Origin: Candidatus Latescibacterota bacterium
Lineage (GTDB): Bacteria > Latescibacterota > UBA2968 > UBA8231
Reading direction: 5' to 3'
Length of the DNA stretch: 64,000 bases
NCBI GenBank assembly: GCA_965197905.1
Contig: CBDAOB010000005.1
Coordinates: 2,048,001 to 2,112,000, forward strand
Below are positions 39,372 to 49,430 of the stretch, in pieces (position 1 is the stretch's first letter; each line of letters opens with the position of its first letter). The translations under genes were made by a program, and so were the position numbers. The notes under the pieces were generated by a model that was not told the DNA's origin, ran no database searches, and saw nothing but the letters and a program-made list of their open reading frames with translations.

Positions 39372-40076
39372 TCAAAGCTGGACGCCGTCGTATTCGCGCC
39401 GGAGCCATTTCATATCCTCCCAAGTTCCCCGTTTCCACTGAGGGTTGCGCAGCAGGGCTGCCGGATGGTAAGTAGCGATGAGAGGTATGCCTTCATATTC
39501 GTGCAACATGCCGCGCAATGAACGCATCGGGGCGCTGGTCTTGAGGAGCGCCTGGGTGGAGATCCTTCCCAGCGTACAAATGATCCTCGGTTTTACGATC
39601 TCGATCTGGCGCTTGAGATACGGCTCGCAGGTGGCGATCTCTTCCGGCTTCGGATCGCGATTTCCCGGCGGCCGACATTTCAGGACATTGCAGATGTACA
39701 CCTGATCGCGGCGCAGTCCCATGGCCTCGATAATCTTGGTCAGCAATTGCCCCGCCTTGCCCACGAACGGCAACCCCTGTTGATCTTCGTCGGCTCCAGG
39801 CGCTTCCCCGATAAACATGATGCCGGCGTCGGCACTTCCGCTGCCGAAAACAAAGTTCCTGCGCGTCTGTCCCAATGGACAGCTCTGACACTCGCAGATC
39901 TGCAGTCTATACGCCTCCAGGCTCGCCGACGATTCAGCTTCTGCGGCCGCCGAGCCCACCGGCGCTGGTGGCACGACGCCGGGTGGTAGAATGAACTGCT
40001 CGCCTTCGTACGCCTGTAAGTCTTCGAGCACGCGACGAACCTGGGAAAACTCGTCATGGTTCCGGGCCTCGTTCAC
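39372..40076 (-). CDS. uracil-DNA glycosylase family 4 (4Fe-4S)
   Basis: CQSC, GEAPG, PFVG, KCRPPGNR and TYHPAALLR motifs. Confidence 0.94.
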   Translation of the reverse strand: MNEARNHDEFSQVRRVLEDLQAYEGEQFILPPGVVPPAPVGSAAAEAESSASLEAYRLQICECQSCPLGQTRRNFVFGSGSADAGIMFIGEAPGADEDQQGLPFVGKAGQLLTKIIEAMGLRRDQVYICNVLKCRPPGNRDPKPEEIATCEPYLKRQIEIVKPRIICTLGRISTQALLKTSAPMRSLRGMLHEYEGIPLIATYHPAALLRNPQWKRGTWEDMKWLRREYDGVQL

Positions 40077-41281
40077 GGCCGAGTATCCTGGGGCAGCAAC
40101 GCCTGCACGCGATCTAGGATCTTACTGGCCACCTCCAGCTTGCTGAGCTTGGGCAGGGTGCATGCCTCGCCTTCGGCGTCTATGATGGTGACGATATTGG
40201 TATCTACCTCGAACCCCGCGCCCTCCTCGAGGAGATTGTTCAGAATCATCAAGTCGCAGTTTTTCTCATCCATCTTGCGTCGGGCTCTGGGCACGCCTCC
40301 ATCTGTTTCCATGGCAAAACCGACGAGTACTTGACGCTCCTTGCGACGACCCAGGTGGGCAGCGATGTCCGGATTCTCCACCAACTCGAGGGTCAGCGCG
40401 TCGCCCCGCCGCAGCTTCTGCTCCGACGAATCCCGCACCCGGAAATCTGCCACGGCAGCCGCCATGATAGCCATGTCCATCTCCGGGAACAACACCTCAC
40501 TCGCAGCGAGCATCTCCGCGGCAGAGCGCACTGGCTGCGATGTAACTCCGGGAGGCAGTGGCAGAGAGGTGGGACCGTTTACGAGCCACACCGCCGCACC
40601 CCTGTTGACCGCCTCTCGGGCAATAGCGTACCCCATCTTGCCACTGGAGCGGTTGGAAATGAAACGTACGGGATCGATGTCCTCGACCGTTGGTCCGGCG
40701 GTTACCAGCAGCTTGCGCCCCTTGAGGTCGGTCTGACGTTCCCACAAACCGGCTACCTGGGAAGCGATATCCTCCGGTTCGGCCATGCGACCCTTCCCCG
40801 TCTTACCGGATGCCAGTGCACCGAATCCGGGTTCGACCGTCTCAGCTCCGCGACCGCGTAGCGACTCCAGGTTCTCCACCACCGCAGGGTGCTCGAGCAT
40901 ATTCTGCTCCATGGCGGGGGCGAGCACCATTGGTACCCGGCTGCTCAACGCCACCGCCGCAAGAAGATCATCAGCCTGTCCGTGCGCCAGCTTGGCGATG
41001 GTGTGGGCGGTGGCGGGTGCAATCAGCAACAGGTCTGCCCAATCGGCGAGACCGACGTGAAGAACTGGAAACTCATCAGATGGTTCGAAGATATCCAGAT
41101 AGACCCTGTGCCGGGTGAGTGCCTCGAGGGTTGTTGGCGTGACGAACTGCTGCGCCGCCGGCGTCATAACGACGCGCACCTGAGAACCCGCGGCGATAAG
41201 CATGCGGACGAGAACCTGGGTCTTGTAAGCCGCAATCCCGCCGCTTATGCCGATCAAGATCTTCTTCCCATCAAGTGGCAT
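40073..41281 (-). CDS. coaBC: phosphopantothenoylcysteine decarboxylase/ligase
   Basis: GGIAAYK, APAM, TAGPT..DPVRFISNRSSGKMG and GFAMET motifs. Confidence 0.96.
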   Translation of the reverse strand: MPLDGKKILIGISGGIAAYKTQVLVRMLIAAGSQVRVVMTPAAQQFVTPTTLEALTRHRVYLDIFEPSDEFPVLHVGLADWADLLLIAPATAHTIAKLAHGQADDLLAAVALSSRVPMVLAPAMEQNMLEHPAVVENLESLRGRGAETVEPGFGALASGKTGKGRMAEPEDIASQVAGLWERQTDLKGRKLLVTAGPTVEDIDPVRFISNRSSGKMGYAIAREAVNRGAAVWLVNGPTSLPLPPGVTSQPVRSAAEMLAASEVLFPEMDMAIMAAAVADFRVRDSSEQKLRRGDALTLELVENPDIAAHLGRRKERQVLVGFAMETDGGVPRARRKMDEKNCDLMILNNLLEEGAGFEVDTNIVTIIDAEGEACTLPKLSKLEVASKILDRVQALLPQDTRP

Positions 41282-41834
41282 CGTGGCCTTGGGACGCGAT
41301 ATCCGCCTGGATCTGGTCGGCGCATTCAGCGGGGCTATAGCGCCCGCTGTCGATGACCTGGTGGTAGATAGACAGGTCGGTCAGATCGATCTGGTATATG
41401 CTTGCGTAGCGTGTCGCTTCGGACTGTTCGCGAGCAAGCATCTCGCGGATGGCTAGATCCAACTCCTTTTCCTCCCGATCGGCGACCCTACGGGCCCGCA
41501 CCTCCCGCGGCGCATCCACCCACACCCGATGCGCGGCCAGCTGATGCCGCAGCGTCATCCACCCTGTAATCCGGCCCTCCAATATGACCCGGTTGGATTC
41601 CCTCGCGCCGTCAATCATGCGCTTGTCCAGCTCCCGGTCGATCTCGTCGTTCGATTCCGCCCGCCGACCTAATTCCTGTAGCGAGATTCCCATTTGCTCC
41701 GCCATCTGCCGGAACACATCTCCCGTATTCATGAGATCCCATTGCAAGCGCGCTCCGAGTTCACGACATAGAGTGGTGGTACCGCTTCCCGGAAGTCCGC
41801 TAATGGTCATAATCTGGAGATCGCCTGCCATCAT
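41271..41834 (-). CDS. cmk: cytidylate kinase, archaeal-type
   Basis: ITISGLPGSGTTT-type P-loop (here MTISG), GDVFRQMA, IDRELD, EGRITGW and RARRVADRE...RYASIY.ID motifs. Confidence 0.82.
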   Translation of the reverse strand: MMAGDLQIMTISGLPGSGTTTLCRELGARLQWDLMNTGDVFRQMAEQMGISLQELGRRAESNDEIDRELDKRMIDGARESNRVILEGRITGWMTLRHQLAAHRVWVDAPREVRARRVADREEKELDLAIREMLAREQSEATRYASIYQIDLTDLSIYHQVIDSGRYSPAECADQIQADIASQGHDAT

Positions 41835-42715
41835 GCCAGGTTTTGCACCTGCTCCCGCAGGCGTTCCACCTCCTCCTTGATCTCTACCACCAGGTGAGTA
41901 ACCCCGATGTCGCTGCTTTTGGAGCTGATGGTGTTCGCTTCCCTATTTATTTCCTGGAGCAAGAAATTCAACCGCCGGCCGACCTCGCCACCCTTGTCCA
42001 GCGTGGCCAGGAATTGCTGGTTGTGGCTCTCGAACCGAACGATTTCCTCCGTAATATCGGAGCGCTCGGCCACCAAAACGACTTCCATCGCCAGACGACT
42101 CTCATCAACCTCTCCGGGCCGCAACAAAACTTCCAGCCGTTCTCTCAAGCGGGATTCGACCTGTTCGCGCGTTGTTGCCCCCGCCGCGCGAATCTCACTC
42201 AGATTGCGATCGAGAGTGGCAATTCTATCGCGCAGGTCGCGCGTCAGAGCCACACCCTCCTCGGCCCGCATGGCGATAAGGGCGTCGAGCGCACCGCCAA
42301 TCGCCTTGGCAACCAGCGTGTCTAAATCGGCAGGTATGGACTCGGTCGTCGACTTGAATAGCCCGGGCAAACCGCTCACGTGTTGCAGCTCGACCTCGCC
42401 ATTCGCTGCACCCAGGTCCCGAAGCTTCTGCAACTGCGCTATATAGTTTCGCGCCATTTCCTCATCCAGCTGCGGTAGCTGGGTACCGCCGCGCTCGTCC
42501 AGCACTTCGATGGTAGCGTTGATCTTTCCACGGCCGATACGTTTCTGTATCCGCTCCTTCACCCCGCGTTCGAGCTCTTGCAGCAATTGAGGACAGCGCA
42601 GCTGAACATCACAGAACCTGCTGTTAACCGAACGCAGCTCCACCCTCACAGATACCTCCGCACCTTCGGCGAGGCCGCTGCCGTACCCGGTCATGCTGGT
42701 TACCATCGATGCCAT
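41831..42715 (-). CDS. yicC: YicC/YloC family endoribonuclease
   Basis: SMTGYG, SVNSRF, DITEE, GRRLNFLLQEINREANT and REQVQN motifs. Confidence 0.94.
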   Translation of the reverse strand: MASMVTSMTGYGSGLAEGAEVSVRVELRSVNSRFCDVQLRCPQLLQELERGVKERIQKRIGRGKINATIEVLDERGGTQLPQLDEEMARNYIAQLQKLRDLGAANGEVELQHVSGLPGLFKSTTESIPADLDTLVAKAIGGALDALIAMRAEEGVALTRDLRDRIATLDRNLSEIRAAGATTREQVESRLRERLEVLLRPGEVDESRLAMEVVLVAERSDITEEIVRFESHNQQFLATLDKGGEVGRRLNFLLQEINREANTISSKSSDIGVTHLVVEIKEEVERLREQVQNLA

Positions 42716-44008
42716 TCAGATCCTTTCCCTGTTCCGTGGATGCACGGCGACGTGGCGGGCGGAGGAAAATCCGGTCAGGCGAGACAGAATCTCCCCCTCC
42801 CTGGTGACCTTCCAGAGCCCTACATGGGAAACGATCCATACCCGCCCATGCGTTTCATCCACGGCAATACCGACCGCACGTTCCACCAGCTTCTCATGAA
42901 AAATCATGTTTCCGTCGCCCGAAAAAGCAGTCAAATCGGCATCGCCGGCAACCCAGCAATCTCCTGTTGTCCGATCCACATCCAGGGCCACCGCCGTAGG
43001 AAACGGCAGCGCGACATCAGTAGTTTCACCGTCGCCGGTTAACCGCAGCAGCCGGTTGCCCCGACGGTCCAAGAGCCACGCAGTCGCGTCGCTGGCTGCC
43101 ACAAGCGCTAGTGGATCCTCCAAATCGGCCCACTCCGATCGGCTCTTGTCGGCCGGTGCGTAACGCAACACCCTCCCCTCCTCGCGATCGAGAATCCAAC
43201 ACCCTCCATCGGCCGCAGCCAACGCCGCCGGATCGCTGAAACGTGCATCAACGCCGTTTACAATGAGAGAGCCGCTATCTTGTTCATCCAGCGAAAACCA
43301 GAATACGTCTCGCGTTTCTCGATCGACGACCCATCCGAGTCCACTCGCCGAATCCAGGGCGAGAGTTCCCGGCCAGACAAGAGGCTCCGACAGGGTTTGC
43401 ACCTCACCGGCGGGACTGATCCGAAACAGCCCTCCGCGTCCCGCGCTCAACCAGCAGCTACCGTCCAGATGGTCGACATCCAATGCATCAATAAAGGGAA
43501 AGCGCCCCTGCGCAAACAAGGCGTCTCGGCCATCCGGACTTATCCGCCAAACCAGACCGCTCGCCGGATCCCCGATCCAGGTGAACTCCTCCCCTGGCGT
43601 CGCCCTGCGAACCTTCGCTCCGGAGGCAGCGGGACGACCATCGCCGACGAACAGTTCGCCTTCGCCCTCCACCAACAGCGCCAGCTGGTACTCATAGGTA
43701 ATCTCGTTAACCAGCTGTGAATCGACAAAAGCGGATTCGGCCACCCCCAGGGGAGAGGCGCCATGAAGGAGAAATTCTCCCGTGGCGATCCGGCGATATA
43801 ATTGCACGCCCGACAGGTCGTCGAAACGGCTGTAGTCCCATCTGAGGGTCACCTGCCGGTCCCCTGCAATGGCTTCCAGAGGCGCTGACGACAAGGCCGG
43901 ATTCAAGGTCTCCGGATCGAGCGGATTACGATGTTTCCGGTCAGAGCATCCGGGCGAACCCAGGATTGCGGCAAGGAGGACGAGGAGACCAACGACAACG
44001 CTGATCAT
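42716..44008 (-). CDS. lipoprotein with FN3-like domain and beta-propeller repeats
   Basis: Signal peptide ending SPG-C, then NPLDP, VTLRW...YRR...YEY, and repeated P.AL.VD...G.CW units. Confidence 0.75.
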   Translation of the reverse strand: MISVVVGLLVLLAAILGSPGCSDRKHRNPLDPETLNPALSSAPLEAIAGDRQVTLRWDYSRFDDLSGVQLYRRIATGEFLLHGASPLGVAESAFVDSQLVNEITYEYQLALLVEGEGELFVGDGRPAASGAKVRRATPGEEFTWIGDPASGLVWRISPDGRDALFAQGRFPFIDALDVDHLDGSCWLSAGRGGLFRISPAGEVQTLSEPLVWPGTLALDSASGLGWVVDRETRDVFWFSLDEQDSGSLIVNGVDARFSDPAALAAADGGCWILDREEGRVLRYAPADKSRSEWADLEDPLALVAASDATAWLLDRRGNRLLRLTGDGETTDVALPFPTAVALDVDRTTGDCWVAGDADLTAFSGDGNMIFHEKLVERAVGIAVDETHGRVWIVSHVGLWKVTREGEILSRLTGFSSARHVAVHPRNRERI

Positions 44009-44448
44009 GGACTCTCGCTCTCCGGCGCGAATACGGCGAGGTAAATAGTGATCGCTAGACCGGCCTCCATCCCCAAGAATGCGGCTCCGGCAATGCGATC
44101 GTAGCGCTCGGCCCGTTGAAACAACTTTCGTTGGCGCCGCACGCTGGCCGCACCCAGGTACGCCTTATACGCGTCGTCGGCCTCGCGTTTGGTCCAGTAG
44201 GCCACCAATCCCGATCCAACCGCGAGGATGGCGGATGCGTAAAGCCTGCTGATACGGCGTCGACCCCGGTCCAAGGCGCGCGAGTCCGCCGCTTTTGCGT
44301 CAAGATTGCGCATGACTGGGGGTGCCTCCACATGAACCCGGGGCGAAACACGCGCGAGATCTATTGAATCTGCGCCGGATTGCATGGCACCGGCGATCAA
44401 AACGAAAGCGGCGCAGACCAGCCGCGCGCTACCGCTGGGCGAATCCAT
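44005..44448 (-). CDS. hypothetical protein with hydrophobic hairpin
   Basis: Overlapping junctions with both neighbours, and ADDAYKAY between hydrophobic segments. Start uncertain (44448 or 44475). Confidence 0.6.
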   Translation of the reverse strand: MDSPSGSARLVCAAFVLIAGAMQSGADSIDLARVSPRVHVEAPPVMRNLDAKAADSRALDRGRRRISRLYASAILAVGSGLVAYWTKREADDAYKAYLGAASVRRQRKLFQRAERYDRIAGAAFLGMEAGLAITIYLAVFAPESESP

Positions 44449-45517
44449 AGAGGGTCTTTTTCTCGCTGGCAACACTGACGATCTGGCGGCCGACCAAGAC
44501 CGGGGTCACGGCCGGCCCGTCCAATCTGTACTTCCATACAACTTTGCCCGAGTCGATTTCAAGCGCATATATGTGATAGTCCGAACCGGCGCAATAGACC
44601 GTCCGGTCCGTCGCCGTTGGGCCTCCGATAAACACACCTTTGCTCTCGAACCTCCATTTAATGGCACCGGTGGAAGCATCAAGGCTGTAGACCCCGCGAT
44701 CGGACGACCCAACCATCAGGTAACCTCTGCTCAGCGCCATAGCGCGGGTGGGCAACCCTTCGATACGTTGCTGCCAAACCACCACTCCGTCCGTTGTCAG
44801 CGCGGCGATCTGCCCCTGACCGCTGGCAACGAACACCATCGTGTCCGATATGACCGGACGGGATCGGGCACCGGCATCCAATCGATGCCTCCACAGCACC
44901 GCGCCGCTTCCCGCATCGATCGCCACGACGCCGGACTCCGTGCCGATGATTGTTATCCCATCGCCTGACGCGGGAGCTGTCCGCAACCGGGCCCCAACTT
45001 CGGCACGCCAGAGCTCAGCCCCGTCGCCGAGCCGCAACGACCACAGGGTGCCCTCATCCTCGGCTGCGAGTACTGTGTCGGCACGGACGCTGGGCGGAAG
45101 ACAGCTGTTCAACCTCCGAGACCACAGACGCTTTCCACTTGTCGCATGATGCGCCTGAAGTTTCGGTTTGCCGCCCAGCTGAGAGAAGATGAAGACGGAG
45201 TCGGCCACAACCGGTGTCGCGCAGGAGGGATCTTCGTGTCGGCGTCGTCCGCGCAGCTCACCCGTTCTTCGATCAAAAGCGAACAAGGAGGGTTCGGTGG
45301 TGAGCTGCAACAAGGTATTGCCGTGGAGCATCGCGCCGCCCAGAGGCGCACCATCCAGCTTCGCGGTCCAGGCCAGCTGCAAGGGAGGATCAACAGCGTC
45401 CCTTCCTGCGAAACCTCCCGCAGCGAGCGCGACGCCCGGTTCCGTCGCCATGCGGAACGCTCGTTCGCTGCAACCAGCGAGCCAGATGGACAAGACGAGT
45501 GACAGTATTGACGCCAT
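44429..45517 (-). CDS. PQQ-like beta-propeller lipoprotein (BamB-like)
   Basis: Lipobox LAG-C and repeated A.D..TG...W blades. Confidence 0.85.
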   Translation of the reverse strand: MASILSLVLSIWLAGCSERAFRMATEPGVALAAGGFAGRDAVDPPLQLAWTAKLDGAPLGGAMLHGNTLLQLTTEPSLFAFDRRTGELRGRRRHEDPSCATPVVADSVFIFSQLGGKPKLQAHHATSGKRLWSRRLNSCLPPSVRADTVLAAEDEGTLWSLRLGDGAELWRAEVGARLRTAPASGDGITIIGTESGVVAIDAGSGAVLWRHRLDAGARSRPVISDTMVFVASGQGQIAALTTDGVVVWQQRIEGLPTRAMALSRGYLMVGSSDRGVYSLDASTGAIKWRFESKGVFIGGPTATDRTVYCAGSDYHIYALEIDSGKVVWKYRLDGPAVTPVLVGRQIVSVASEKKTLYGFAQR

Positions 45518-45533
45518 AGAGGCTCGTGGGGTG

Positions 45534-48350
45534 CTAGTAGTCCCAGCCGAAGAAAAAATCCCACTGCGTGTCGTTCTCGACCGACTTGAAATCGGTTCTC
45601 CGAGAGGCGTCAAGGCGAAGAACGAAAAAACCTCCTAACGCAACTCGAGTACCTGCACCAATACTGCCCTTGATTTCGTCGAACTCTCTTGACCAGGCGT
45701 TTCCGGCGTCGACAAACAGGGCGCCTCGCAAGGCGCTGAGTTCCATGCCTCCTATCGGAAGGTCGAGACGGAGACTATGCAGCAACGGAAAACGCAGTTC
45801 GGCGTTGGATAGCAGCAGCTTGCTCCCCCACAACGATCTCCAGCCGTATCCGCGAAGGGTCCAGCTGCCGCCCATCGAGAACAGTTCGGGGACATCACCG
45901 TCGCTGCGACGGGCCATTAGCCGCAGCGCCAAGGCGCTGGTGCGCGATAAACGTAGATAGTGCCTGAGATCCCCGAAAAGGGTGACGTTGAATCGTCCGG
46001 AACTCTTGAAATCCACCGTTTGCGCCAAACCAGCGCTGTATCTGGTCCCTGCGAGAGGTCCGGTCGGAATCCAAAAACTGCTGTCGTGCGTGAAGCTGAT
46101 GAAGTTAGTCGCCAGCCAGCCTTTCAACGGTCGCCCTTCGAAGTCTCGATCGATATCGGCGTGCCGCAGAGACAATCGGGTATCCAGTCGGTCGAACTTG
46201 GTGAAGGGATAACTGATCTCGAGATTGCCGCCTACCCTCTTCTCCCGCACGAACCGTCCGAAATTGCTGCTGAAACGGTCGTTTAAGCGAAAGAGACTCC
46301 AGGTTACGTTGACCTGGCGACCCAAATGCTGGCGTCCCAACGCTAGATTCATACCACTGAACAGATCGCTGTTTCCGGAAATGTGGGAAACGATTAGGAA
46401 GAACCGATCATTTCCGAGAACGTCGCTCATACCCAGCTGAATACCGCCGGAGGTGCCGAACTCCGGATCCTGCGCGATCTGGCTCTGGGCGATATCGAGG
46501 GACAGGCTCCTCTTGTACTCCCTTGCGAGAAGACCGCCCGCGCTCAGTGACTCCAATCTCCAGGGCTCGGGATCGAGGGAAGGTTGTGCAGCAGGAGGTG
46601 TGCTATCGTTGACAGCAACCTGCTGCCGGTAGATGTGGAAACGTCCGCTTTCGAACCCGGAGAAAAAGACGCTGTTCCCGTCGGGTGACCAGACGGGATC
46701 GAAGAGCCCCGTGAGGGTGCGGGTCAACCGTTGGGTAACGAACCCATCCTTGCTTCGGGACGCACCCTCCAGGGAGTAGAGATTGAATGCTCCGTCGCGG
46801 TCAGAGCTGAAGACGAGCCGCTCGCCGTCCGCGGACCAATCTGGGAAGAGATCGTTTTGGGAGCCGTTCGTGAGGTTGCGTACCTCGCCCGCCTCGAAGT
46901 CGTATGCGAACAGGTTGTACAGACCGTCCCGTCCCCCGGGCCAGCGGTCGGAGCTGAAAGCGATCCACCTGCCGTCGGGAGACCAGTCTGGATCCCGATC
47001 GTGGAAGATATCGTCGGTAAGATCAGAGCACTCTCCGGTTTCGACATGAACGATGAAGAGATCGGCTTTTCCGCCTTCCCTGGCACCGGAAAAAACAATC
47101 CGATCTGCCGTTGGCGACCAGGTAGGAGAGGTTATGGAAATGACACCGTCGAATCCCAGGCTTTTGATCTGTCTCCGGTTAACGAGATCCCATATGTAGA
47201 GCCGGTCCCGTCCGCCGCTCTTTGCGGAAAAGGCCAGCAGGTTGCCGTCGGCAGATACCGCCGGTTTGGTGACCAGAGGATGCAGCGCCTCGAATTCTGC
47301 CGAGCGTTCTCCTTCGACCACCACGTGCAGTTCGCTTCCGTCTGTGGAGACCGACGCGATTTCCGTAAACCCTTGATGATTCCTGAAGAAGACGAGGCGG
47401 AGGTTCTCTTCGTCGCGCCCGACAATCTGTGGTTTGACGTTGAATCCGCTGCGAGTGATCGGCGTCCCGGTTTGGCTCGGCGGATCGCTGGAGGCGATGT
47501 CCGGCAGGTACTCCTTCTCGGTACGATAGCGCCAATCCTCGTCCAATTTACTCAGGGGATCTCCGGTGGTCAGCTCGAAGACCGCGGCGAAACTCTCGTT
47601 GCGCCACCAGTTCTCCAGCAGGCGATTAAAAATGTCTTCTCCGTACGCTTCGGCCATGTAGGCACAGATCGACTCCCCTTGCTTGTAGAGCTGAAAGGTG
47701 CCATGCAGAATGTGGATACGCTGCAGCGGAGCCAGGCGGCGGGAGAACAGAGCGTCTCTGACGATCATTTCCCCGTAGCTGTTCCACGAGTCAGACCAGT
47801 ACTCGGCAAGACCTTCGGAGAACCACAACGGCGCCGGCCAGAAGTCGGAAATACCGTGCCGCCGACTCACCTGTTGGATCTTGTCGAAGGTGAACACGTG
47901 AACCAGTTCGTGGCGCAGGACCCGTTCAAATTCCGGGAACGAACCGCTCAATGGCAGCACCACCCTGCCCTTGAGGAACTCGGTAAACCCCGCCACTCCC
48001 TCCGGAAGGAGATTCGGAATGATATTGGTCTGCTCGAAGTATATGTGAGAGGAATAGAGTATCAGCGGAATCCGACGCTGCACCGTGTGACCCAGCTTGC
48101 GCTCCAGCTCCACGTAGCCGAACTCCGCCATCTGTGCCGCGTATCCCGCCAGCTCCACCTCGGACTCGTAGAAGTAGATGTCGAAATGCTCCGTCTGCAT
48201 CTCGAGCCACTCGAAGTGGGCGTACTGCACCTTGTTCTTGCCGAAGTGATAGAACTGACCGCCGGCGGTGTCGACGAAAAGCAGGCTCGCCAACACCAGG
48301 AGGGTGAGAGGAGGAGCAGACGAGATCGCGGGTCGTGCGCTTTTCCGCAA
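45534..48350 (-). CDS. Omp85/BamA-TamA family outer-membrane protein with N-terminal HEXXH peptidase-like domain and PD40/TolB-like propeller
   Basis: FGKNKVQY, HELVH...WFSEGLAEY, repeated P.WSPDG..I.FSS, MGG...LRGY, FVDAGNAW and a C-terminal aromatic (FGWDY). Confidence 0.88.
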   Translation of the reverse strand: MRKSARPAISSAPPLTLLVLASLLFVDTAGGQFYHFGKNKVQYAHFEWLEMQTEHFDIYFYESEVELAGYAAQMAEFGYVELERKLGHTVQRRIPLILYSSHIYFEQTNIIPNLLPEGVAGFTEFLKGRVVLPLSGSFPEFERVLRHELVHVFTFDKIQQVSRRHGISDFWPAPLWFSEGLAEYWSDSWNSYGEMIVRDALFSRRLAPLQRIHILHGTFQLYKQGESICAYMAEAYGEDIFNRLLENWWRNESFAAVFELTTGDPLSKLDEDWRYRTEKEYLPDIASSDPPSQTGTPITRSGFNVKPQIVGRDEENLRLVFFRNHQGFTEIASVSTDGSELHVVVEGERSAEFEALHPLVTKPAVSADGNLLAFSAKSGGRDRLYIWDLVNRRQIKSLGFDGVISITSPTWSPTADRIVFSGAREGGKADLFIVHVETGECSDLTDDIFHDRDPDWSPDGRWIAFSSDRWPGGRDGLYNLFAYDFEAGEVRNLTNGSQNDLFPDWSADGERLVFSSDRDGAFNLYSLEGASRSKDGFVTQRLTRTLTGLFDPVWSPDGNSVFFSGFESGRFHIYRQQVAVNDSTPPAAQPSLDPEPWRLESLSAGGLLAREYKRSLSLDIAQSQIAQDPEFGTSGGIQLGMSDVLGNDRFFLIVSHISGNSDLFSGMNLALGRQHLGRQVNVTWSLFRLNDRFSSNFGRFVREKRVGGNLEISYPFTKFDRLDTRLSLRHADIDRDFEGRPLKGWLATNFISFTHDSSFWIPTGPLAGTRYSAGLAQTVDFKSSGRFNVTLFGDLRHYLRLSRTSALALRLMARRSDGDVPELFSMGGSWTLRGYGWRSLWGSKLLLSNAELRFPLLHSLRLDLPIGGMELSALRGALFVDAGNAWSREFDEIKGSIGAGTRVALGGFFVLRLDASRRTDFKSVENDTQWDFFFGWDY

Positions 48351-48360
48351 GATGTTACTT

Positions 48361-49428
48361 CTATTTGAGAAAACCGCCGAACGGTTTGCTGTCAGCTGCT
48401 ATCGGTCTTCGTATTTCCACTTCGCGTCCAGCACTCAAGCCGTCGGAGTAAGCGACGCTCGAGCGGACGCCGCGTCCATAGCTGGTTACGACTCGGGGAT
48501 TGATGTGGCGATAGAACTGTTTGAGCCGGTCATCACCTTGCCAAACCAGAGCCTGCTCCCCACACCTCTTCCGGTTCTGCTCGACCAGCTTGTGGTAGAA
48601 CCCTTCGAGCACGCCGGCGTAATACCTTTGACGCTCTCTGTTGCCGTTGAGTTGCTGATCACAGCGGTACTGCTGCCACAGTCGGTCGATAAGCTGGCTC
48701 AGATATGCGTAGACGTAGGCCGCCATTTCGAGATTGGTAGGCGTGCCATAGACCTGCAGCACGGTTCCACTCTTGTCCCGCCCCGCATCGTAGGTTTTCG
48801 CCCACAACACCTCCACGAAAAAGAACTCGTGTAGAATCATCGCCATCCATAGTTCGAAGGAGGCTCGACGTCCCTTGATCGGACCGAGACTGCGCACTGC
48901 AAAGTTCCGATCCCGATCGAGCTCGACCATATCGATGTTGTACTGGAGCAGAAGCAGCTGCGCCTTTTTTACGGCACTCTCTGCTTCGTGTTCATTCGGG
49001 CTGGAGGTGAGCGACAGAATCTTCTTGAGCACGCGGAGCACGCGCTCGTCTTGCGCCCCTGCAATGGAAAGACCCGCTCCATCTGGGTCGCAGCGCAGCT
49101 GGTCGCATGCCGCCGCGAAGGTCGCTCCATGTGGTTTCGCGCGAACCGGGCGCAGATGCTCGTCGACGTACTGGTGGGCCATCTCGTGGCGCAAGGTCTC
49201 CATGACCACCAGCCATGGCTCGCTTTCGATATGGGGGGCGGAGATGCTCAAGCGGCGGGTTCGAGGTTCCCAATGACCCCACTCGGAGGAGGCGATGCTA
49301 AGCGAGATGAGCGGCGGACGCAGGACCCCGTCTAGGTACTCCTCATTGTAGTGGCGCCACCAGACAGCAAGCTTGCGTACCCATGCGGTGTGCAGCTGCG
49401 CGCGCAGCTCTTCCCCTTCGGACCGCAT
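48361..49428 (-). CDS. SprT-like HEXXH metalloprotease with DUF2786 domain
   Basis: TLRHEMAHQ and HG..F, then KKILSLTSSPNEHEAESAVKKAQLLL. Confidence 0.82.
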   Translation of the reverse strand: MRSEGEELRAQLHTAWVRKLAVWWRHYNEEYLDGVLRPPLISLSIASSEWGHWEPRTRRLSISAPHIESEPWLVVMETLRHEMAHQYVDEHLRPVRAKPHGATFAAACDQLRCDPDGAGLSIAGAQDERVLRVLKKILSLTSSPNEHEAESAVKKAQLLLLQYNIDMVELDRDRNFAVRSLGPIKGRRASFELWMAMILHEFFFVEVLWAKTYDAGRDKSGTVLQVYGTPTNLEMAAYVYAYLSQLIDRLWQQYRCDQQLNGNRERQRYYAGVLEGFYHKLVEQNRKRCGEQALVWQGDDRLKQFYRHINPRVVTSYGRGVRSSVAYSDGLSAGREVEIRRPIAADSKPFGGFLK

Positions 49429-49430
49429 TC

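Noticed and set aside
46731..48368. 545-aa plus-strand ORF (likewise 38502-39521, 33329-34258 and 59321-60235)
   Set aside because: These are antisense shadows of well-supported minus-strand genes in GC-rich DNA, with no motifs of their own.
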